From an uncultured Planctomycetia bacterium (GTDB taxonomy: Bacteria > Omnitrophota > Gorgyraeia > 2-02-FULL-51-18): a stretch of DNA of 64,000 bases. A program made the translations under genes and the position numbers. The notes under the pieces were generated by a model. That model worked only from the letters and a program-made list of their open reading frames with translations. It had not been told where the DNA came from and did not search any database. Of this stretch, positions 39,524-49,318 are shown one piece after another (the stretch's first letter is position 1; each line of letters begins with the position of its first letter). The stretch lies in NCBI GenBank assembly GCA_964642015.1, contig CAZXLF010000007.1:11964-75963 (forward strand). Direction: 5' to 3'.

Positions 39524-39700
39524 TATCCGTCTCGTTTCATATACCGATAATTTTAGATCGGGTAAAAGACACAAATAATGAAACTACACTTCCACAAATT
39601 TTTAGTTTATGAAAGTAATGAACGTGTTTTTATAGATTTACAGTATTATATATAAATATAATACTACAAATAAATTAAAATAGTTTTTATAAATAAAGAT

Positions 39701-40222
39701 TCAGGTTGAGGAGCTCATTTTGAGCGCTACGGTGTTGATACAATAGCGTTTTCCGGTCGGAGGAGGGCCGTCATCAAATACATGCCCAAGGTGCGCCCCA
39801 CATCGGGAGCACAGAACTTCCGTGCGATGCATGCCAAAATCATTGTCATCTTCCAGCTTCACGTTCAGCGGTGAAATCGGTTCCCAAAAACTCGGCCAGC
39901 CGGTGCCGGATTCAAATTTATTGCCGTAGGCGAAAAGGTCCGTTCCGCAGCCGACACATTGATAAACGCCTTTTCCGGATTTCGGGATCGCGCATTGTTT
40001 GCTGAAAGGCCGTTCGGTGCCTTTTTGCCGTGTCACTTCGTATTGCTCACGTGTCAGGATTTTTTTCCATTCGGCGTCTGACTTCACCACCGGATCAACC
40101 TTCTCAACTTTTCCGGTCGACGCATTATAGATCTCGATCTTTTGTTGTGTCTTCATGTCGGCTCCTAAAATAAAAGGGCTTAACGCGAAAATGAATAATA
40201 TAAGTTTGAGATTTATTTTCAT
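39701..40222 (-). CDS. msrB: Peptide methionine-R-sulfoxide reductase with signal peptide
   Basis: GTERPF, KFESGTGWPSF, HLGHVF.DGP, RYCIN; two CxxC. Confidence 0.95.
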   Translation of the reverse strand: MKINLKLILFIFALSPFILGADMKTQQKIEIYNASTGKVEKVDPVVKSDAEWKKILTREQYEVTRQKGTERPFSKQCAIPKSGKGVYQCVGCGTDLFAYGNKFESGTGWPSFWEPISPLNVKLEDDNDFGMHRTEVLCSRCGAHLGHVFDDGPPPTGKRYCINTVALKMSSST

Positions 40223-40238
40223 TTTGACTCTTTATACT

Positions 40239-40514
40239 TTACCACACCAACGACATTTTTTCGTTTCGAGAAAGTTTTTTGATTTGAATCTCACGTTTTA
40301 ACGCAGAAGATCGATCAGAATGCGTTTCTTGATAAACCAATTTTACCGGAAGTTTTCCGCGCAGGATACGGCTTCCTTTTCCGCTGGAATGTTGTTTGAT
40401 ACGACGAGCAATATTTTTCGTGATGCCAGCATACAATGAGCCGTCGCTGCATTCAAGGATGTATAAAAACCATACATTTTTTTTGATCTTTTTTAGGCTC
40501 TTTTTAACCGCCAT
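40239..40514 (-). CDS. Small GIY-YIG nuclease (YhbQ/UPF0213-like)
   Basis: WFLYILECSDGSLYAGIT...RRIKQH...ALKREIQIK. Confidence 0.85.
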   Translation of the reverse strand: MAVKKSLKKIKKNVWFLYILECSDGSLYAGITKNIARRIKQHSSGKGSRILRGKLPVKLVYQETHSDRSSALKREIQIKKLSRNEKMSLVW

Positions 40515-41733
40515 TTTTTTTCGCGAACTCATAACGGCAATAAAACGACCCGAGCACGCAGGCCGCTCCACCGATGAACATTGTCCAAGGCGCTCCGATT
40601 TTGTGCGCTAAACTCCCGGCAAATAAACTACCGAACGGCATCATTCCCATGAAAGCCATCGTAAAAAAGCTCATTACGCGTCCTCTTTTGTCGTCATCGA
40701 TCCTGGTTTGCAATAAGGTGTTACTCGACGCCATCTGCACGATCATCCCGAAACCGGTCATGATCATCAGCACTACTGAAAACCATAAAATCCTTGAGAA
40801 AGCAAAAATGATCAGACCCGTTCCAAAAAGCGTCACGCTGTTGATGATGATCTTTTCGAATCCTTCCGTACTTTTTCGGGATGCTAAAAAAATACTTCCG
40901 CACAATGCACCGATGCCTGACGCTCCCAATAGAAAACCATACGTATGCGGTCCGCCGCGAAGGACGTCGCTGGCAAAAACAGGCAATAAGACGCTGAAGG
41001 GCATTCCCATGAAACTGATAAAAGCTACGAGAAGCAACAGATACCGTATTGATTTAATACCCAATGCATAACGGATGCCTTCTCTCAACTGATGCAAGAC
41101 ATGCTTTTGATCCGCTTTTTCCGGTCTCTCGGTCACATGCATCGCAAGCAACGCGAAGATCACTCCAAGATAACTGAAGCCGTCAATCAAAAAACACATG
41201 CCTTCGCCGACCATTGCGATCAAAATCCCGGCGATCGAAGGGCCGATAAGCCGCGCGCTGTTAAACATGAAAGAATTCAAGGCGATCGCGTTGCTCAGAT
41301 CTTTTTTGTCTTCGACCATATCGACGACGAACGATTGGCGCGCAGGAATGTCGAACGCATTGATCAATCCCTGCATACTGCTCAAAACAAGTACTTGCCA
41401 AGCTGTGATAACGCCCGACAAAGCCAATCCCGCCAAAAGAAAAGATTGCACCATACCAAGGATCTGAGTGATCACTAGGATACGATGTCGATTCCAGCGG
41501 TCAGCCAGCACACCTGTGAATGGTGAAAGAATAAAAGTCAGGATCTGGCTCGAAAAACCGACAAGCCCTAGCCAAAGGGTCGAATGCGTCAAGCGGTAAA
41601 CGAGCCACGTTGTGGCCACCTGCGTCATCCACGTTCCGATCAGCGAAAAACTTTGTCCGCCGAAAAATAATTTGTAGTTCCGCGAGCGCAGCGCCCGGAA
41701 CATCGAAGGCAAACGCCTTAATCGTTGAGCCAT
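40504..41733 (-). CDS. MFS transporter (DHA3-like)
   Basis: RNYKLFFGGQ..SLIGTWM, GVLADR, PARQS, RGRVMS; about 12 TM. Confidence 0.88.
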   Translation of the reverse strand: MAQRLRRLPSMFRALRSRNYKLFFGGQSFSLIGTWMTQVATTWLVYRLTHSTLWLGLVGFSSQILTFILSPFTGVLADRWNRHRILVITQILGMVQSFLLAGLALSGVITAWQVLVLSSMQGLINAFDIPARQSFVVDMVEDKKDLSNAIALNSFMFNSARLIGPSIAGILIAMVGEGMCFLIDGFSYLGVIFALLAMHVTERPEKADQKHVLHQLREGIRYALGIKSIRYLLLLVAFISFMGMPFSVLLPVFASDVLRGGPHTYGFLLGASGIGALCGSIFLASRKSTEGFEKIIINSVTLFGTGLIIFAFSRILWFSVVLMIMTGFGMIVQMASSNTLLQTRIDDDKRGRVMSFFTMAFMGMMPFGSLFAGSLAHKIGAPWTMFIGGAACVLGSFYCRYEFAKKNGG

Positions 41734-41735
41734 TT

Positions 41736-43703
41736 CTATTCGTAACGAAGCGCTTGGATAGGATTCAAATTGGCAGCCTGTCTTGCCGGCCACATGCCGA
41801 ACACAATGCCGACAATAACAGAAAAAACTGTCGCTAAAATGACGGATGAAATGGTAATTTTCGTCGCCCAGCCGGCGATCATTGAAAAAGAAACGGCGAT
41901 CCCTACTCCTAGGATCACTCCGATAATACCTCCGCTAAAAGTCATGACAACAGATTCGATCAAAAACTGGCTGATGATATCTGCTTTTCTTGCGCCGATC
42001 GCTTTGCGAAGACCTATTTCTTTCGTGCGTTCGGTCACGGATACCAGCATGATGTTCATGATGCCTATTCCTCCGACCAAAAGCGAGATCGCCGCGATCG
42101 AACCCAAAAGCCAGGTCATCGTTTTGGTCGTGCTTTCCAATGTTTCCTGGATCTGAGCCATATTCCTGATTTGGAACGAATCTTCATTTTCTTTCGATAA
42201 ATGGTGACGTTTAATCACAATCTTTTTAATCGAATCTTGGGCTTGGTCCATCAAGGTAGAATCTTTGACTTCCGCATCGATCGAGTCCACATATTGCTTC
42301 CCCATCAACCGAAACATCGCAGTCGTCAGAGGTATCACGATTACATCATCTTGATCGTTCCAGCCCGTAGCGCCTTTTTCAGGTAAAACACCGATCACGT
42401 CAAAATTGATTCGATTTATTTTAACCGTTGTTCCGACAGGATTGGAATCACCGAAAAGATTTTTAACGACTGTTGTTCCTAAAAGCGCTACTTTTTCGCG
42501 TGTTCTAAATTCCGCTTCCGTAAAAAAACGGCCTATTTTCGGAGTGGCTGCGCGCATCGTTTCGTAGTCCACACCCACACCCTGGACCTGAGTATTCCAG
42601 TTTTTATCGGCATATACGACCTGTCCTCGGGCCTGCACGTTCGGAGAAGTTCTTCTGATTTCAGGCGCTTTAGCCAATGCTTCGGCATCCTGAATAGTGA
42701 ATCTAGTGGAAGCACCCGCTTCGAGAGCAACGCCTCCTACTTTCGGAGAGCCGGGACGAATCATGAGAAGATTCGACCCTAAAGAAGCGAGCCGCTGCGC
42801 GATCGATTCCTTAGCACCTTGTCCTAAAGCCAGCATCGCGATCACAGCGCCGACGCCGATCAAAATTCCCAACATCGAAAGGATCGAGCGCAGTTTGTTC
42901 GAAAGAATAGAATGTACGGCCTCACGCAAATGATCCATCCATTCCGCGCGGCCGACTTTCAGATCTTTCTTAGATAAAATATCATCCACCAAAGGTGCTC
43001 CTGCAGCATTCACCGAAGCATCAGCCCGGGATGTTTTCTCATCTGACAACACTTTGCCGTCACGCATGAAAATGATGCGTTTGGCGTGATCGGCAACCTC
43101 TCTTTCATGAGTGACCATGATAATGGTCTTGCCGGTTTGATTGAGCGCTTTCAAAATCTTGATGATCTCTTCTTCGCTTTTGGTATCGAGATTTCCGGTA
43201 GGTTCGTCAGCAAAAATGATCGGAGGTTCGTTCACTAAAGAACGTGCGATCGCGATGCGCTGCTGCTCACCGCCTGAAAGTTTGTTCGGCTGATGCGAGG
43301 CGCGCGCGGCAAGGCCGACGCTTTTGATCTTTTCCAAAGCCGTTGGCTTAAGATCTCGTTTGCCCGCATAGATCAGAGGAAGCTCGACATTTTCAAGCGC
43401 AGTGTTTCTTTGAAGCAGATAAAATTGCTGGAAAACAAATCCCGCGACATGATTTCTTATGATAGAGAGCTCATCATCGCTGAGCTTGCTGATATCTTTT
43501 TTTCCTAAAAAATAAGATCCGGAATCGGGTCTGTCCAAAAATCCGAGAATATGAAGGAGTGTCGATTTACCGGATCCGGAAGGTCCCATGATCGCGACAA
43601 ACTCGCCCGGATCGATCTTAATAGATACATCATCAAGCGCATGGACTTCATGACCACCCATAGTATAAGTTTTTTTGATACTCTTGAGCTCGATGATTGC
43701 CAT
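41736..43703 (-). CDS. macB: MacB-type ABC ATPase-permease
   Basis: [38 protein letters not shown]. Confidence 0.9.
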   Translation of the reverse strand: MAIIELKSIKKTYTMGGHEVHALDDVSIKIDPGEFVAIMGPSGSGKSTLLHILGFLDRPDSGSYFLGKKDISKLSDDELSIIRNHVAGFVFQQFYLLQRNTALENVELPLIYAGKRDLKPTALEKIKSVGLAARASHQPNKLSGGEQQRIAIARSLVNEPPIIFADEPTGNLDTKSEEEIIKILKALNQTGKTIIMVTHEREVADHAKRIIFMRDGKVLSDEKTSRADASVNAAGAPLVDDILSKKDLKVGRAEWMDHLREAVHSILSNKLRSILSMLGILIGVGAVIAMLALGQGAKESIAQRLASLGSNLLMIRPGSPKVGGVALEAGASTRFTIQDAEALAKAPEIRRTSPNVQARGQVVYADKNWNTQVQGVGVDYETMRAATPKIGRFFTEAEFRTREKVALLGTTVVKNLFGDSNPVGTTVKINRINFDVIGVLPEKGATGWNDQDDVIVIPLTTAMFRLMGKQYVDSIDAEVKDSTLMDQAQDSIKKIVIKRHHLSKENEDSFQIRNMAQIQETLESTTKTMTWLLGSIAAISLLVGGIGIMNIMLVSVTERTKEIGLRKAIGARKADIISQFLIESVVMTFSGGIIGVILGVGIAVSFSMIAGWATKITISSVILATVFSVIVGIVFGMWPARQAANLNPIQALRYE

Positions 43704-43711
43704 GTTTCAAA

Positions 43712-44752
43712 CTACTTTCTTCCGCCACCGCCGCCTGGCATGAATGGATTTGTTTTAGCTTGAGATCCTTTGGATGGTGCGCCGGGTTTTTTAGCACGGA
43801 TGACCAATGTATCGTTCTGATCGATTCCTGAGACCACTTCAATATTCGTGTCATCAGAAATTCCAAGTTCTATTTTACGTTTTTCCGGCTTCTGGCCTTT
43901 GCCCTGACTGACGAATACAAAACTGCCTTCTTTGTCCTTTCCGCGCTTGACCGCATCGAGCGGTATCGTCAGAACATTATCCTTGCTCTCCTGGATAATA
44001 TTAACGTTCGCGCTCATGCCCGAACGGAACACATCCGGGACTTTATCCGGAAGAATATCGACGTTATAGATCGTGACGTTATTCACAACTTTGGATTCAT
44101 AATAAATGTGCCCCACCTTCGCATCCACTTTGATATCCGGATACGCATCCAGACTTATGACAGCTTTCTGTCCTTCTTTGACCTTTCCAATATCAGTCTC
44201 ATCAACTTGCGCTTCGACGATTAAACGATCCGATAACACCACAATATCATCGCTGGTCGTAACTGTCTGTCCCGGTTGGACCGATTTGACGATCACTTCA
44301 CCATCTATTGAAGCAATGATCGGCGTTGGTTTATAAACATCCTCCCAATAATGAACAGCTTCTTCTCCCTGCGGCTTTGCCGCATCCAGCAGCGCAGCCC
44401 GATCGGTAGAACTCAATAAAGCCAGAACGTCTCCTTTTTTGACCGTTTCTCCTTCTTCCACTAAAATTTTATCCACACGGCCCGGTATCGGGGATTTCAT
44501 CTCAAGGCGATTTTGCGGTTGCACGTTTCCTGTCGAGCTAACCAATTTTTGTATCGTCCCATACGTGGGTTGGACAAACCTGATGGTTTCCTGAGCATTT
44601 TTACCCTGTTTGGTCTTTGTCCAAATAAAAAATGCGGCCCCTAACAAAATCAAGATTATAAAAAGTCCCTTCCATTTCTTAAGCTGTATCAAGAGTTTCT
44701 CCTTTAACTTGGACCCATCCGGCTTCGGCCAAAAGCGCGGTAGCCTCCGCAC
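43712..44752 (-). CDS. macA: MacA-type periplasmic adaptor (true start probably ~20 codons downstream)
   Basis: TM anchor, lipoyl-like GRVDKILVEEG, VDETDI, GMSANV. Confidence 0.8.
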   Translation of the reverse strand: MRRLPRFWPKPDGSKLKEKLLIQLKKWKGLFIILILLGAAFFIWTKTKQGKNAQETIRFVQPTYGTIQKLVSSTGNVQPQNRLEMKSPIPGRVDKILVEEGETVKKGDVLALLSSTDRAALLDAAKPQGEEAVHYWEDVYKPTPIIASIDGEVIVKSVQPGQTVTTSDDIVVLSDRLIVEAQVDETDIGKVKEGQKAVISLDAYPDIKVDAKVGHIYYESKVVNNVTIYNVDILPDKVPDVFRSGMSANVNIIQESKDNVLTIPLDAVKRGKDKEGSFVFVSQGKGQKPEKRKIELGISDDTNIEVVSGIDQNDTLVIRAKKPGAPSKGSQAKTNPFMPGGGGGRK

Positions 44753-45968
44753 TCAAATACGTTTTTTGTGTTGAAACAAGATTATCTTCGATGATGATCC
44801 AGTCATTGAAAGTGATCAAACCGGTCGAATACTGCGCTTCAGCGATCTTTGCCCGTTCTTCGTCGGCATCTAAGAATTTTTTCTGAACATCCACTTCCTC
44901 GATCCCATCTTCAAATTGGGTCCAAGCCGCTTCCAAAGACACGATGATCCCGTCCCGCCCGCTTTCTTCATCCGCTTTTGCTTGGTGGAATGCAGATTCG
45001 GCTTTAAAAAGACCGCTTCCCAGACTCGTTCCCTCGAATATAGGCACGCTCACCGCGATTCCTGCTGACCATTCGTCATTTCTTGGTGGCCATACAGCCA
45101 AATCCTTATCCATTGAAGCTGTGGCCGAAATTTCAGGGAAAAAACTCGCTTCCGCAGAGCTGACACTAAAACGAGCTGATTCTTTTTGAACAACGAGCTG
45201 ACGAAATGAAGGCGTCAGATCCGCCAGTTTTTCAAGATCGGGCTCGGCCGTTTCTTTGTCCGGAACGTTGAATTCACCGTTGGCGCGGATCGAAGTGAAT
45301 TTCCTTCTCCCTAATTCTTTTGAAAGAGTGCGCTCCGCCAGGTCCAAATTCCTTGTAGCTTGAGCGACTTCAAAATTAGCCTGAGCCAGGTTTGCTTCAG
45401 CGGTCAATAGAGAACCTCTATTCTCACTTCCTGAATTGTAGCGCAGTTGTACTAGATCACGGCTTTGCTTTCGCCGTTTGACGATATCTTCAGTAATATG
45501 GATCAATTCTTGCGCTTTTAAAAGCCCGATGAACGCCGTCCGCAAACGCAAGCGCACATTCGAAGAAGTAATATCATAATTACGCTCGGATGATTCAATG
45601 TCTTTTGATGCCGCGGCTGTGTCAAAATAGGTTTTGAATCCATCAAATAAAAGTTGTTTTCCGCTTATCCCATATGAATAATCATCGCTACGCGTTGTGA
45701 TCGAACCTGAAGATCCGGTACCTCGCGTCTTTTCCCCCGAAGCTTTGGCAGACACGCTTCCAGTGATCTGAGGAAGCAAATTGCTTGATGTAATTCCATA
45801 CTGAGCTTTTACCTGGTTTAACTTTTCTTGAGCAGAAACCAGGTCGGGATGGTTTTTTTTGGCTTCCGCGACACAATCCTTCCAAGTGAGTAATTCCTCC
45901 GCTCGGACATCGTGACAAAAAAATATTGTCCAACAGCAAAAAAGGGCTGGGATCAGAATTTTATTCAT
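44679..45968 (-). CDS. TolC family outer-membrane efflux protein
   Basis: Signal peptide, NHPDL, LLPQI, LFDG, FFPEI, VPIFEG duplicated halves. Confidence 0.88.
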   Translation of the reverse strand: MNKILIPALFCCWTIFFCHDVRAEELLTWKDCVAEAKKNHPDLVSAQEKLNQVKAQYGITSSNLLPQITGSVSAKASGEKTRGTGSSGSITTRSDDYSYGISGKQLLFDGFKTYFDTAAASKDIESSERNYDITSSNVRLRLRTAFIGLLKAQELIHITEDIVKRRKQSRDLVQLRYNSGSENRGSLLTAEANLAQANFEVAQATRNLDLAERTLSKELGRRKFTSIRANGEFNVPDKETAEPDLEKLADLTPSFRQLVVQKESARFSVSSAEASFFPEISATASMDKDLAVWPPRNDEWSAGIAVSVPIFEGTSLGSGLFKAESAFHQAKADEESGRDGIIVSLEAAWTQFEDGIEEVDVQKKFLDADEERAKIAEAQYSTGLITFNDWIIIEDNLVSTQKTYLSAEATALLAEAGWVQVKGETLDTA

Positions 45969-46039
45969 AGGTTTTACCGAATATTGTAACAGAAAAACTG
46001 AAGGATCTTTGCGAACTTTCGGATTCGAAACTAAAAACC

Positions 46040-46444
46040 TTAGATCGTTCCAGGGCCAGTTTCTTTCTGGCGATGTTCTTTGAAACGGGCATCCATTTTT
46101 TCGCTTATGACATCGAACTTTTTCTGCTGTTCGGGAGTCAAAATTTCGCGGATCTGAGCTCTCGTGGAATTACGTATCGCTTCGAACTTCGGATGAACCT
46201 CTTCACGGAGCGTGGTGATCTTCTTTCCTGTATCATCCAAAATAGCCGATACTTTTTGCTGCTGGTCAGGTGTCAAATTAAGTTTGGAAGTGAATTCTTT
46301 CAGCATTCGCTGATGCATTTTTTCGGGGTTTTTCCAGCTTCCTCGCAAACCACACTGAAAACCTTTTATCGTTCCGACCGCACCGATCGCAATACCCAAT
46401 ACCAACGCGACAACGATATATTTCCAATTTGAGTTCATGGTCAT
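46040..46444 (-). CDS. Spy/CpxP-like (LTxxQ) membrane-anchored periplasmic protein
   Basis: LNLTPDQQ and ILTPEQQ motifs. Confidence 0.75.
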   Translation of the reverse strand: MTMNSNWKYIVVALVLGIAIGAVGTIKGFQCGLRGSWKNPEKMHQRMLKEFTSKLNLTPDQQQKVSAILDDTGKKITTLREEVHPKFEAIRNSTRAQIREILTPEQQKKFDVISEKMDARFKEHRQKETGPGTI

Positions 46445-46878
46445 CCCTCCATCACGAACTGCAAGGTGTCATCAGCGCTTGGTGCCGTATGGGAAAGTGC
46501 CCATGATAGATGTCCGCTGGTTTGCTGCATCAAAAAAGCGTCCATCGTCATTGCTTCCGGCGCCACCGGCATGATCGTCAAGATCATCAATAAAAGTCCA
46601 GCCGCTGGGATAAGCCAAGGTATTGTGATATTCCATCTAAAGGCCGGTTTGGGAGTTTCTAATTCATGGATTCGGTTCATCACGCTTCTGACAAAAAACT
46701 CTGAGGAAGCCGGTTTTGAGGCTTTGAACAAAATCTTGGATGTCTGGGTCCAGCGCTGATGAAGCTCCCGGCACTCCTGGCACCCCTCCATATGCGCCTC
46801 CACTTCCCAGCGCGAAGCCTGATCGAGCTCCCCATCGTACAAAGCGAAAAGTTTGTCTTTCATGTTCCTGTGGTCCAT
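46441..46878 (-). CDS. Zinc-finger (HxxxCxxC) anti-sigma factor
   Basis: YDGEL..HMEGCQEC, one TM helix, downstream of ECF sigma. Confidence 0.85.
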   Translation of the reverse strand: MDHRNMKDKLFALYDGELDQASRWEVEAHMEGCQECRELHQRWTQTSKILFKASKPASSEFFVRSVMNRIHELETPKPAFRWNITIPWLIPAAGLLLMILTIMPVAPEAMTMDAFLMQQTSGHLSWALSHTAPSADDTLQFVMEG

Positions 46879-46895
46879 TTTCTTTCTCCTGCCTG

Positions 46896-46925
46896 TTTAG
46901 ACGTCTCTGCTCATTGAAAAGTGTC
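46896..46925 (-). promoter_or_regulatory. Putative ECF sigma promoter, copy 2 (upstream of anti-sigma)
   Basis: GACACTTTT-N13-CGTCTAAA, identical boxes and spacing to 48774-48803. Confidence 0.7.
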
Positions 46926-47463
46926 GTGTTTTTTCCTCTATGGTTTCTCTTGCCCGGCGAAGACGCGATTTTACCGCATCTAACGAGCACTTAAGAGTTT
47001 CCGCTATTTCCTGATAGCTCAATCCTTGGACTTCCCTAAGGGTCAAAATAAGCCTCTCATCAGGAGATAAACTGGAAAGTAACTTTTCCACCAGATCTGA
47101 GGCGCCGGACGCATTCCGGGGATCCACGGAAGGTTCCCATAGATTTTGCACCTCATCGCCCGATTTTTCTATCAATGCGTCCAAAGACTCCGTTTTCTGA
47201 CGGGACCGCTTTCTCAAAAGATCCTTGCAATGATTGGACGCAATACGATAAAGCCATGTTGAAAATTTTGAATTACCCTGAAAAGAGCTAAGCGCCTGGT
47301 AGGCCTTGATAAAGATCTCTTGGGCCGCATCTTCAGCTTGCGTGGCATCGCTTAAAAGAGACGTGCAGAGCCCGAGCACTTTCGCCTGGTAACTCCGCAC
47401 GATCCCCGCATAAGCGTCCGTATTTCCGGATAGTACTTGTTGAATAAGAGCTTGGTCTTCGAT
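46897..47463 (-). CDS. ECF RNA polymerase sigma factor
   Basis: AEDAAQEIFIKAY, FSTWLYRIASN, SYQEIAE..VKSRLRRAR; frame stays open upstream of GTG 47400 to an SD-preceded ATC at 47463. Confidence 0.9.
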   Translation of the reverse strand: MEDQALIQQVLSGNTDAYAGIVRSYQAKVLGLCTSLLSDATQAEDAAQEIFIKAYQALSSFQGNSKFSTWLYRIASNHCKDLLRKRSRQKTESLDALIEKSGDEVQNLWEPSVDPRNASGASDLVEKLLSSLSPDERLILTLREVQGLSYQEIAETLKCSLDAVKSRLRRARETIEEKTRHFSMSRDV

Positions 47464-47476
47464 GGAACGCTCCCGC

Positions 47477-47983
47477 TTATTTTTGCTTATTCTTCCACTG
47501 CTCCATCTTGGTCTTCATCAATTCTTTGACCTTATTGAGCTGATCCGGCGTCAAAGTGCTTTTCAACTTCGCATACGCAGCGACATTCGACTTAGCTGCT
47601 GCCGTCATAGAAGCCGAGGCCTTGTCTATCATGGCGTTGACCCCATCCACATCTATCTTATCTTCTTCTAATTTAGACCTTAAATCCAGCATAAAAACTT
47701 TCGTTTCAGCTGTCTGACGGATATTGTCTTTTTCGACCTGAAGATTCAGATCTTTGATCGATGCGACTTGCTCCTCCGAAAGTCCTATGTCCGATTTATG
47801 CTCGAGCAAAAAATGAGCTTTCCGCATGAACTTAAAAGTCACAGGAGATTGGTCGCCATCATGATGACCATATCCACCGTAACCGGACTCTCCTCCGTAA
47901 ACAGCATGCGCATATAAAGGTGCGCTAAAAACCAACAACGCTCCGATTCCCAAAAAACCTACCAACATTTTATTGATCTTCAT
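47477..47983 (-). CDS. Spy/CpxP/ZraP-like periplasmic protein
   Basis: Signal peptide, Gly/His-rich N-terminus, LSEEQ and LTPDQ motifs. Confidence 0.75.
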   Translation of the reverse strand: MKINKMLVGFLGIGALLVFSAPLYAHAVYGGESGYGGYGHHDGDQSPVTFKFMRKAHFLLEHKSDIGLSEEQVASIKDLNLQVEKDNIRQTAETKVFMLDLRSKLEEDKIDVDGVNAMIDKASASMTAAAKSNVAAYAKLKSTLTPDQLNKVKELMKTKMEQWKNKQK

Positions 47984-48010
47984 CTGAGTTCTCCTTTGTT
48001 ATTATTCCGT

Positions 48011-48718
48011 TTATTGCAAAACTTCTTCTTCGGAAACAATATTTCCGCTAGCATCATATTTGCGGATGATGTGTTTCTGAAGCGTCGGGTTCACAGTCGT
48101 GGGACTATAAACAGGCTGGCCATAAGTTTGTTGGGATCCATAATAAACTGGCGCTGATTGCTGTGCTGAGGGTCCTGTTAATACATCAAGCAATGCTCCG
48201 CCGATAATATTGGTACCCGCCCCGATCAAGGCACCTTTTCCTGCGTTGCCACCTGAAGCGCTGGCGGCAATGGCTCCTGTGCCGGCGCCCAAAATCCCTT
48301 GTTTGATGAGCTGTTTATTGGAATCCATTTGCGGTTGGTTATAGCTATACACAGGCGCTGGTTGCGCATAAACAGGCTGAGGCTGATAGACCGACTGTTG
48401 AACGACCACCGGCTGAACAACCGGTTCCTGATAATAAGGCTGTACATAAGAGACTTGCTGGCTTGGACCGGAACCAGAATCAGTCAAAAAGCCAAGAAGC
48501 GCACCTCCGATCACATTGGTGCCTGCACCGATCAAAGCGCCTTTTCCAGCATTGCCTCCCGATGCTCCCGCAGACAAAGCTCCCGTACCTGCGCCTAAAA
48601 GGCCTTGCCTTAAAATATCCAACGAACCGCTGCTTGCTGCAAATGCTTGCGAGTTAAAAAACGAAAAACCCATAGCGGAAATTACCGCTATCATTCCGAT
48701 ACGACTTGAAGTTTTCAT
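48011..48718 (-). CDS. Secreted protein with duplicated glycine-zipper domain
   Basis: Signal peptide ending AFA; two ~43-aa repeats QG.LGAGTGA..A.ASGGNAGKGALIGAGTN.IGGALL separated by Q/P/Y/V-rich linker. Confidence 0.75.
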   Translation of the reverse strand: MKTSSRIGMIAVISAMGFSFFNSQAFAASSGSLDILRQGLLGAGTGALSAGASGGNAGKGALIGAGTNVIGGALLGFLTDSGSGPSQQVSYVQPYYQEPVVQPVVVQQSVYQPQPVYAQPAPVYSYNQPQMDSNKQLIKQGILGAGTGAIAASASGGNAGKGALIGAGTNIIGGALLDVLTGPSAQQSAPVYYGSQQTYGQPVYSPTTVNPTLQKHIIRKYDASGNIVSEEEVLQ

Positions 48719-48773
48719 CTTGATTTCCCCCTGTTTTAATTTTTGGTGGTTCCGATTTCTTTTTCCTTTGCCA

Positions 48774-48803
48774 TTTAGACGCCTCCGATCACATAAAAGT
48801 GTC
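48774..48803 (-). promoter_or_regulatory. Putative ECF sigma promoter, copy 1 (operon head)
   Basis: GACACTTTT-N13-CGTCTAAA. Confidence 0.7.
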
Positions 48804-48865
48804 ATAACAGACACGGTATGCGGCTGAAAAACTCCATAACCCTTTCTGTGTTAATATATAAAGAA

Positions 48866-49318
48866 ATGACAGATACCAAACGCCGCGATACGATCATTAC
48901 GATATTCGTCATTCTCTGGATCGGTCTCTTTTATTACGAATCCGTGCGCTATAATTATTTGAATCCTATTTGTCACCGAGAACTTCCGAAATGTAAATTC
49001 CTTTTTCCTCCAGCAGGCTGGATCATGTTCTTTCAGGTTGGCCAAACAGAAGTGCATTGCGAAGTTTATGGGCAAAAAGATGGAAAACTCGAGTTGATCG
49101 ATCCTCATAAAATTTTCCCGAATCATTGGCTAGGTTATGACAACATCCGGCGTAACGTATTAATAACAGCTCTTGATCCTGATTATTCCGCATCATTTTG
49201 TGAATACCTGAAGCGAAAATTTCCGGAATACGAGACATTTGCAGTCACTGAAGCGATCTATCCTTCGGTCACACAGTATAGGGACAAAAAAATCTTAAAG
49301 CTGGCTTACAAATGTTAG
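48866..49318 (+). CDS. Membrane-anchored SdpA/DUF5819-like hypothetical protein
   Basis: One TM helix, PAGWIMFF motif, overlaps HTTM gene start. Confidence 0.5.
   Translation: MTDTKRRDTIITIFVILWIGLFYYESVRYNYLNPICHRELPKCKFLFPPAGWIMFFQVGQTEVHCEVYGQKDGKLELIDPHKIFPNHWLGYDNIRRNVLITALDPDYSASFCEYLKRKFPEYETFAVTEAIYPSVTQYRDKKILKLAYKC

Noticed and set aside
40239-40514. GIY-YIG gene as homing endonuclease or mobile element
   Set aside because: Stand-alone YhbQ-type domain, no intron, inverted repeats or target duplication around it
40574-42156. Plus-strand ORFs opposite MFS and macB
   Set aside because: Antisense to confident genes, no recognisable motifs
48011-48718. Magnetosome Gly-Leu repeat protein
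   Set aside because: Repeats are GxxxG zippers rather than GL dipeptide runs, and no mam/mad genes are in the window
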